This document shows, one piece after another, positions 57,965-64,000 of a stretch of 64,000 nucleotides of DNA. The number at the start of each line of letters is the position of its first letter. Within the stretch, counting starts at the first letter, position 1. The notes beneath the pieces are model-generated. The model was not told the origin of the DNA and made no database searches. It saw only the letters and a program-made list of their open reading frames with translations. The position numbers and the translations under genes are program-made. Source of the DNA: a bacterium (GTDB lineage Bacteria > Desulfobacterota > JADFVX01); NCBI GenBank assembly GCA_032250935.1, contig JAVVFD010000001.1, positions 10,976 to 74,975 of the forward strand. Reading direction: 5' to 3'.

Positions 57965-58414
57965 CTATTCAACATCTATATTGACGGCCTTGTCACTTCC
58001 TTCTCCCGGCTTAGGAATGCTTATTTGCAGAACGCCATTCTTGAATTTTGCCTTTATCTTCTCCTGATCAACGGAGGTAGGCAGGGGAAATACCCGGCTG
58101 AATGATCCGTAAGACCGTTCCATGCGGTGATAGTTTTCTTCTTTAGACTCCTTTTCAAACTTCCTTTCACCCTTTAGATAGAGAGAGTCATTTTTAAGCT
58201 CTACGCTAATATCCTTTTTGTTCACACCGGGTATCTCGGCCTTGATGATGATGTTTTCAGGTGTCTCGTAGATGTCCACGGCTGGAGACCAGGTAGATTG
58301 GCTCATGTCTCCCTCGCCTCCCCGAAAACGGTTCAGACTGTCCTCAAAGAGCCTGTCCATTCTATCCCGCAAGGTAATCATGTCCCTGAAAGGGTCCCAT
58401 TTTACGATAGCCAT
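57965..58414 (-). CDS. Hsp20/alpha-crystallin family small heat shock protein
   Basis: Alpha-crystallin domain (WSPAVDIYETPENIIIKAEIPGV...). ATG at 58414 has an AGGAG ribosome-binding site. Confidence 0.8.
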   Translation of the reverse strand: MAIVKWDPFRDMITLRDRMDRLFEDSLNRFRGGEGDMSQSTWSPAVDIYETPENIIIKAEIPGVNKKDISVELKNDSLYLKGERKFEKESKEENYHRMERSYGSFSRVFPLPTSVDQEKIKAKFKNGVLQISIPKPGEGSDKAVNIDVE

Positions 58415-58490
58415 TTTAAATCTCCTTGAGTTGAAATTTAATAAATCCGGGAATGAATACAATTTAAATTAAGCATATATTCAGCTCTTG

Positions 58491-60356
58491 TCAAGGGCAG
58501 GCCTTATATTTATCAAGCGTAGACAGATCCCTGACGGCCCCCCTGGCCGCGCTCGTTGTCAGTGCGGCATAGGCCTGTAATGCCTGCGAAACCACCCTTT
58601 TGCGGTTCAGGGGTTTCCATGCGCCGACCCCTTTTGCATCCATCTCTTTACGCCTCGATGCGATCTCCTCATCGGAAAGATCAACATTGATTGAGCGGCC
58701 CGGTATGTCAATATTTATAATATCCCCATCTTCGATAAGCCCGATGGTTCCGCCTTCCGCCGCTTCAGGTGAGCAGTGTCCGATGGAGAGACCAGACGTT
58801 CCTCCGGAAAACCTGCCATCTGTAATTAGAGCGCAGTCTTTGCCAAGGCCTTTTGATTTGAGGTAGGTTGTTGGATAGAGCATCTCCTGCATGCCTGGCC
58901 CGCCCTTTGGGCCCTCATAGCGGATAAGTACAATGTCCCCCGCTACTATGCTGTCGTTAAGAATGGCATCGACGGCGCTCTCCTGGCTTTCGAAGATACG
59001 TGCCGGCCCACTGAATTTAAGAATAGACTCGTCAACTCCTGCCGTCTTGACTATGCAGCCCGCCTCAGCCAGGTTGCCAAATAGCACGGCCAGTCCGCCA
59101 TCCTGACTGTAGGCATTTTTAAAGCTGCGGATGCAGCCTCCCTCGCGGTCCCTATCAAGAGAGTCCCATCGCTCAGACTGGCTGAACGCCTGCTGGCTCG
59201 GGACTCCGCCCGGGGCGGCAAGGAAGCGACGGCTTGCTTCATCGTTATTGCTTATAGCTATATCCCACTTGTCTATAGCTGCGCCCATGGTGGCGCTATG
59301 GACGGTGTACATGTCGCGGTGGATAAGGCCTGCGCGGTCAAGCTCGCCGAGAATTCCGATTACCCCTCCTGCGCGGTGAACATCTTCCATGTGATAGAGC
59401 TGGGTAGATGGAGCAACCTTACACAGGTTGGGAACCTTTCTTGACAGCCTGTCAATGTCGGCCATGGTAAAATCTACCCCTGCCTCATGAGCTGCAGCAA
59501 GTAGATGAAGAACCGTATTCGTGGAGCCGCCCATCGCAATATCGAGGCTCATGGCATTTTCAAATGCATCCATTGTTGCTATGGAGCGGGGAAGCGCCGA
59601 TTCGTCGCCCTCTTCATAATAGCGTTTTGTAAGCTCTACTATAAGACGGCCCGCCTCAAGGAAAAGTTCTTTTCTGTCGGCATGAGTTGCAAGGAGTGAA
59701 CCGTTGCCGGGAAGTGACAGGCCAAGGGCCTCTGTGAGGCAGTTCATGGAGTTTGCCGTAAACATACCGGAGCATGAACCGCATGTAGGACAGGCCGCAT
59801 GCTCGATGGAATCAACATCGGTATCTGTTTCATTAGGATCGGCGGCGGAAAGCATGGCGTCGACGAGGTCGAGCTTGGTCTCCTTCCCGTGATGAATCGT
59901 TTTTCCGGATTCCATCGGCCCGCCGGAAACAAATACTACGGGGACATTAAGACGAAATGCGGCCATCATCATTCCTGGAGTTATCTTGTCGCAGTTGGAT
60001 ATGCAGACCATGGCGTCGGCGCAGTGGGCATTCACCATATATTCCACAGAGTCGGCAATGATATCACGTGACGGCAGTGAATAGAGCATACCTCCATGCC
60101 CCATTGCGATTCCGTCGTCAATTGCGATGGTATTGAACTCCTTTGCCACCCCTCCGGCCGACTCTATCTCTCTTGCTACCAGCTGACCGAGATCTTTAAG
60201 GTGTACATGGCCCGGCACAAACTGGGTGAATGAATTAACTACGGCAATAATCGGTTTTTCAAAGTCACCGTCTGTCATGCCGGTAGCACGCCAGAGTGCA
60301 CGCGCACCAGCCATATTGCGGCCATGGGTCGTAGTACGGGAACGGTATTCGGGCAT
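58491..60356 (-). CDS. ilvD: Dihydroxy-acid dehydratase
   Basis: IlvD/EDD family: CDKITPG, and Fe-S ligands in [18 protein letters not shown]. Confidence 0.9.
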   Translation of the reverse strand: MPEYRSRTTTHGRNMAGARALWRATGMTDGDFEKPIIAVVNSFTQFVPGHVHLKDLGQLVAREIESAGGVAKEFNTIAIDDGIAMGHGGMLYSLPSRDIIADSVEYMVNAHCADAMVCISNCDKITPGMMMAAFRLNVPVVFVSGGPMESGKTIHHGKETKLDLVDAMLSAADPNETDTDVDSIEHAACPTCGSCSGMFTANSMNCLTEALGLSLPGNGSLLATHADRKELFLEAGRLIVELTKRYYEEGDESALPRSIATMDAFENAMSLDIAMGGSTNTVLHLLAAAHEAGVDFTMADIDRLSRKVPNLCKVAPSTQLYHMEDVHRAGGVIGILGELDRAGLIHRDMYTVHSATMGAAIDKWDIAISNNDEASRRFLAAPGGVPSQQAFSQSERWDSLDRDREGGCIRSFKNAYSQDGGLAVLFGNLAEAGCIVKTAGVDESILKFSGPARIFESQESAVDAILNDSIVAGDIVLIRYEGPKGGPGMQEMLYPTTYLKSKGLGKDCALITDGRFSGGTSGLSIGHCSPEAAEGGTIGLIEDGDIINIDIPGRSINVDLSDEEIASRRKEMDAKGVGAWKPLNRKRVVSQALQAYAALTTSAARGAVRDLSTLDKYKACP

Positions 60357-60499
60357 TAAGCTCTCCTTTTGATAGTTGATTTAAGATGTTATGATAACTC
60401 GATGAATTTCCCTGTTTCAGATCGGGGGTTCAGGGCTCTGATCCGGCTATATTTATTTCCTGTATAGGGGCGATATGCCTGAAATTAATAGAGTGTGGT

Positions 60500-60901
60500 T
60501 TAAGTTTTATTTTTAATAAATTTACTATATTCCCGGTCTTCTTTCAGGATATGCTCTACGAGCCAGTTTTTGATTACGCTCATCACCTGGCTGCGAAGCA
60601 CCAGTTCGCCCGCGTATATATCGCGCTTTAATTGCATAACCTGTTGTTTGAAGCTGAAGTGTATTCTTTTATGTCTGTCAAGCTCGGGCCATTCAGCCTT
60701 TTCGAGCATCTCTTCTTCAGTTGAAAAGTGAAGATCGGTATACTCTTCCATCTCACGGATGAGTTCCTTAAGGGCGCTTATACCCCTTGTTTTAATGATG
60801 GAATCATGGAGTTCATTTACTATGGATATCCACTTTTGATGCTGGTTATCAATCTCTTCTATGCCTACGCTGAATTCTTCAGTCCATTCTATCAAAGGCA
60901 T
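60500..60901 (-). CDS. Hemerythrin-like (bacteriohemerythrin) protein
   Basis: N-terminus WTEEFSVGIEEIDNQHQ, with the H...H...E...H...H.D diiron ligand pattern. Confidence 0.7.
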   Translation of the reverse strand: MPLIEWTEEFSVGIEEIDNQHQKWISIVNELHDSIIKTRGISALKELIREMEEYTDLHFSTEEEMLEKAEWPELDRHKRIHFSFKQQVMQLKRDIYAGELVLRSQVMSVIKNWLVEHILKEDREYSKFIKNKT

Positions 60902-60989
60902 GCTGGCTCTCCTTTTTATTTTAATTAAGGCTAATTAATCCAACTACCTTATATCATAAATGAACTTCCCAGGTAAATGATCTAAATAT

Positions 60990-61445
60990 TTATTCAAGAG
61001 TCTCCAGATAATCGAGTATGATTTGAGCATCGTCATCATCGGCGCCGTAAAATTTCATTTTTGTTCTGGCCTCGGGGTTGCCCGTCAGTTTCTTTACCGC
61101 CTCCGAAAGGGTCCCGTACTTCCTGTTTATAAGAATGTCAAGGTTATCCCTGGTCCAGAGCCATTTCCCTTCTTTATATTCATCTGAATATCTGTAGCCT
61201 GGTTGTGAGCCCACCTCTTTTCCGACTATGCCAAAAAGTCTGGGACCTATTTTGTGTTTTTCTTCCCTCTTTATAGTATGGCAAGGGGTGCAGTGACGCA
61301 TCTGTTTCGGCATTTTTTTAAATGCCGTAATTTTAGAAGGGGTTTTTATATTCTCGCCTATAAGGTTAATTGCTTCACTTTCACCATCTTTTGAGCAGGC
61401 AATAAAAATGAGAATTAATGGTAATGTAGATATGATTTTTTTCAT
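60990..61445 (-). CDS. Monohaem c-type cytochrome lipoprotein
   Basis: Lipobox LIFIACS, and a single CTPCH haem-binding motif. ATG at 61445 is preferred over the listed longer ORF. Confidence 0.55.
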   Translation of the reverse strand: MKKIISTLPLILIFIACSKDGESEAINLIGENIKTPSKITAFKKMPKQMRHCTPCHTIKREEKHKIGPRLFGIVGKEVGSQPGYRYSDEYKEGKWLWTRDNLDILINRKYGTLSEAVKKLTGNPEARTKMKFYGADDDDAQIILDYLETLE

Positions 61446-61663
61446 TCTAAAAATTATATTTTTCTGCCGGGGGATTGTCAAGGCATGTGAAAAAGGCATA
61501 TGAAACAGGAGAAATATATAACATCCTGTAAGAGCCCTGATTATGGGAAGATGCTGGCAATATGATTGTTTGTCGCTATCGAATTTTTTGTTATAATCAA
61601 CGCCCAAACCTATCGTTTTTAATGGACTAGAAGGCGTGGTTATGGTAAATCTATACAGCTATT

Positions 61664-62680
61664 ATGACTGCTAATGACTTAAAAATATCCGTTTTGGGAG
61701 CTGGAAGTTGGGGGACGGCGCTTGCCGCCCTGCTCGCTTCAAAAGGTTACGATGTTACTGTCTGGGCCTATGAGGATGAGGTGTGCAGGCAGATCAACGA
61801 AGATAGTGAAAATACTATCTATCTTCCGGGGTTCAAACTGCCTGAAAATCTGAAAAGCACAAACTCCGTCGAAGAGGCCATCATTTCAAGCCAGCTTATT
61901 TTATCCGTAATGCCGTCACATGTGGTAAGAGGCGTATTATCCGGGGTGTCCTCGCTAATTACACCTGAGCAGATCTTTGTAAGCGCCACTAAGGGGATAG
62001 AGATAGATACCCTTATGACTAATTCCCAGATTGTAGAGGAAGTTCTTCCTGGCAAGATAGCCGATGGCGCGGCATACCTCTCCGGACCAAGTTTCGCAAG
62101 AGAGGTGGCAGGCCAGCTCCCTACGGCAGTTACCGTTGCATCTAAATATAAAAATATTGCTCTAAAGGTTCAGGAGATATTCAGCACCTCATACTTTCGG
62201 GTTTATAGTTCTGATGATATAATAGGCCTTGAGATAGGCGGTTCGATCAAAAATGTAATAGCCCTTGGCGCCGGCATATCTGACGGTTTGGGTTTCGGTT
62301 ATAACGCAAGAGCTGCCCTTATTACGAGGGGTCTTTCCGAGATGACCCGTCTTGGTATTGCGCTCGGTGCAAAGGCCTCCACCTTTTCAGGGCTTTCCGG
62401 CATGGGCGACCTCGTTCTTACCTGCACCGGGGACCTCAGCAGAAACAGGTCCGTTGGCATTAAGATAGGCGAGGGGGAAAAAATAGACGAGATTCTTTCG
62501 GATATGAATATGGTGGCAGAAGGGGTAAAGACCGCTAAGGCCGCTTATCTGCTCGCGGAGAAGCTGGGTATTGATATGCCTATATGCGAAAGCATATATA
62601 AAATACTTTATGAAGATATGGAGCCGAAGGAGGCCGTATCATCCCTGATGGCGAGGGATCTTAAAGAAGAGACCAATTAA
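61664..62680 (+). CDS. gpsA: NAD(P)H-dependent glycerol-3-phosphate dehydrogenase
   Basis: GAGSWGTALA Rossmann motif, in the GpsA family. Confidence 0.9.
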   Translation: MTANDLKISVLGAGSWGTALAALLASKGYDVTVWAYEDEVCRQINEDSENTIYLPGFKLPENLKSTNSVEEAIISSQLILSVMPSHVVRGVLSGVSSLITPEQIFVSATKGIEIDTLMTNSQIVEEVLPGKIADGAAYLSGPSFAREVAGQLPTAVTVASKYKNIALKVQEIFSTSYFRVYSSDDIIGLEIGGSIKNVIALGAGISDGLGFGYNARAALITRGLSEMTRLGIALGAKASTFSGLSGMGDLVLTCTGDLSRNRSVGIKIGEGEKIDEILSDMNMVAEGVKTAKAAYLLAEKLGIDMPICESIYKILYEDMEPKEAVSSLMARDLKEETN

Positions 62681-62727
62681 AAGAGATATAAATTTTAAAA
62701 TAGAAGATATGAGGAGGTTTTAATTAA

Positions 62728-63201
62728 ATGAGTATTTTATTTTCGGCGTCAGAGGTGGTCACTATGGCCGTTCAGATTGAGAAGAACGGCCTGGAATTTT
62801 ATAACGCCATGGCGGCAAAGGCTCAGAGTGAAAAGTCGAAGGAGCTTTTCTCGTTTTTGGCTGCCGAGGAGATCAGGCATAAGGCTACCTTCCAGAAGAT
62901 GCTTAATAATTTGAAACAGCTGGAGCTGACCGCATCGGAGGAGGAGGAATATAACAACTACCTTGGTGCACTTACAAGCTCACGGGTATTTAGCCGACAG
63001 GTGCCAACCGATGAAATTGTCAAAGACCTTGACGATATGGCTGCCATAGATATGGCTATTGAGGCGGAGAAGGATTCTGTCCTTTTTTACTATGAGCTTA
63101 TGGAACAGGCCATAGATGAGGACAAGGCGGCCATAGAGAGGATTATTAAAGAGGAAAAATCTCATTATGCCATGCTGATGAGGATGAAAAACGAGTCGTA
63201 A
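62728..63201 (+). CDS. Ferritin-like/rubrerythrin-family diiron protein
   Basis: Paired E...ExxH helices (LEFYNAM...EEIRH and IEAEKDS...EEKSHYAML). Confidence 0.55.
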   Translation: MSILFSASEVVTMAVQIEKNGLEFYNAMAAKAQSEKSKELFSFLAAEEIRHKATFQKMLNNLKQLELTASEEEEYNNYLGALTSSRVFSRQVPTDEIVKDLDDMAAIDMAIEAEKDSVLFYYELMEQAIDEDKAAIERIIKEEKSHYAMLMRMKNES

Positions 63202-63214
63202 AGGTGATCAAATA

Positions 63215-64000
63215 GTGGTCCTGAAAAACCTCCTTGAAAGGCACGATCTTGACTGGCCCCTTAGAGGCCGGCTTGAGACCCTGCAGGTAAACACGGGCAG
63301 TCTATGCAATATGACCTGCAGGCATTGCCATGTAAAGGGGAACCCCGCATCTAAAGAAGTCATGAATCAGAAGACCGCAGAATCGGTCATTCAATTTCTA
63401 TTCAGACACCGGGTTAAAACTCTCGACATAACTGGCGGCGCTCCGGAAATGGCCCCCTCCTTTCAGGAATTGGTCACTAAAGCCGGAGACCTTGTAGATG
63501 AGATAATAGTTCGCTGCAATCTGACCATAATATTTGAAGAAGGCATGGAATTCCTGCCCGATTTCTACGCCAGGTCGGGCATCCACCTTGTTTGCTCTCT
63601 CCCTTGCTACACGAAGGAAAATGTAGACGCGCAAAGAGGAGAGGGCACATTCCAAAAAAGTATGGATGCTCTTAAAATTCTGAATACCAAAGGTTATGGG
63701 ATTGACAGCTCTCTCAAACTTACCCTCGTATACAATCCGGGCGGCGCCTTTTTGCCGGGTAACAGAGAGGCCCTTGAAGCGGATTACAAAAAAGCTCTTT
63801 CCTCTATCGGCATTACCTTTAATGACCTTATAACGATCACCAATATGCCTGTAAACAGGTTTGATGACGGTTTGACGCGCGAAGATAAGGCTGACAATTA
63901 TATGTCGCTTCTGGCTGAAAATTTTAATCCCGGGACGCTTGGGAAGGTTATGTGCAAAAATCTTGTCTCCGTTGGATGGGACGGCCGTCTTTACGATTGC
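63215..64000 (+). CDS. Partial radical SAM/Cys-rich-domain protein (ArsS-like), 3'-truncated at the window end
   Basis: No stop codon occurs in this frame after nt 63187, and it continues to the window end. Carries the CNMTCRHCH radical-SAM motif. The GTG at 63215 follows an AAGGTGA ribosome-binding site. This ORF is absent from the supplied track because it has no stop. Confidence 0.5.
   Translation, partial: MVLKNLLERHDLDWPLRGRLETLQVNTGSLCNMTCRHCHVKGNPASKEVMNQKTAESVIQFLFRHRVKTLDITGGAPEMAPSFQELVTKAGDLVDEIIVRCNLTIIFEEGMEFLPDFYARSGIHLVCSLPCYTKENVDAQRGEGTFQKSMDALKILNTKGYGIDSSLKLTLVYNPGGAFLPGNREALEADYKKALSSIGITFNDLITITNMPVNRFDDGLTREDKADNYMSLLAENFNPGTLGKVMCKNLVSVGWDGRLYDC

Overview
This 64 kb window looks like chromosomal DNA from an anaerobic bacterium. 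It carries a group 3b [NiFe]-hydrogenase, multihaem c-type cytochromes, hemerythrin, a rubrerythrin-like protein and B12 uptake genes, which fits Desulfobacterota, Nitrospirota or similar lineages. The window is gene-dense, mostly on the + strand, with frequent 1-8 nt start/stop overlaps that indicate operons. I found no transposases, integrases or CRISPR arrays.

Readily recognisable content:
- (i) An amidohydrolase neighbourhood at the 5' end: a partial M20 hydantoinase/carbamoylase-type hydrolase, a sirtuin deacylase and a nitrilase-superfamily C-N hydrolase.
- (ii) A small unknown operon: winged-helix-like protein, 66-aa protein and HldE-domain-II-like nucleotidyltransferase.
- (iii) trxB with a cNMP-binding protein, folK, a UbiA/MenA prenyltransferase and tRNA-Pro(CGG).
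- (iv) LysM protein, dprA, topA and ygiQ.
- (v) A cobalamin salvage island: cbiX, btuFCD, cobQ, btuB and cobT. Each of its two transcription units is preceded by a cobalamin riboswitch, both with a recognisable B12 box.
- (vi) dapF, radA, ispG, a Na/Pi cotransporter and a GT2 dolichyl-phosphate-mannose-synthase-like enzyme.
- (vii) The most unusual locus, about 34.8-50.6 kb: an NHL beta-propeller lipoprotein and two multihaem cytochromes c (4 and about 8 haems), immediately followed by a T2SS/type-IV-pilus-like machine. That machine comprises GspF, GspE, PilM/N/O-like proteins, a secretin with an N-terminal TPR and a C-terminal cohesin-like domain, three GspG-like pseudopilins, and a PilS/PilR-like sensor kinase (with a CxxCH haem motif in its periplasmic domain) plus a sigma54 activator.
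- (viii) A hydBGDA-type group 3b [NiFe]-hydrogenase on the minus strand.
- (ix) The rplU-rpmA-obg-proB operon behind a perfect consensus sigma70 promoter.
- (x) A small heat shock protein, ilvD, hemerythrin, a monohaem cytochrome c, gpsA, a rubrerythrin-like protein and a partial radical-SAM/Cys-rich protein.

Every functional call rests on reading motifs by eye, with no database search. Start codons are often GTG or TTG and are frequently uncertain.
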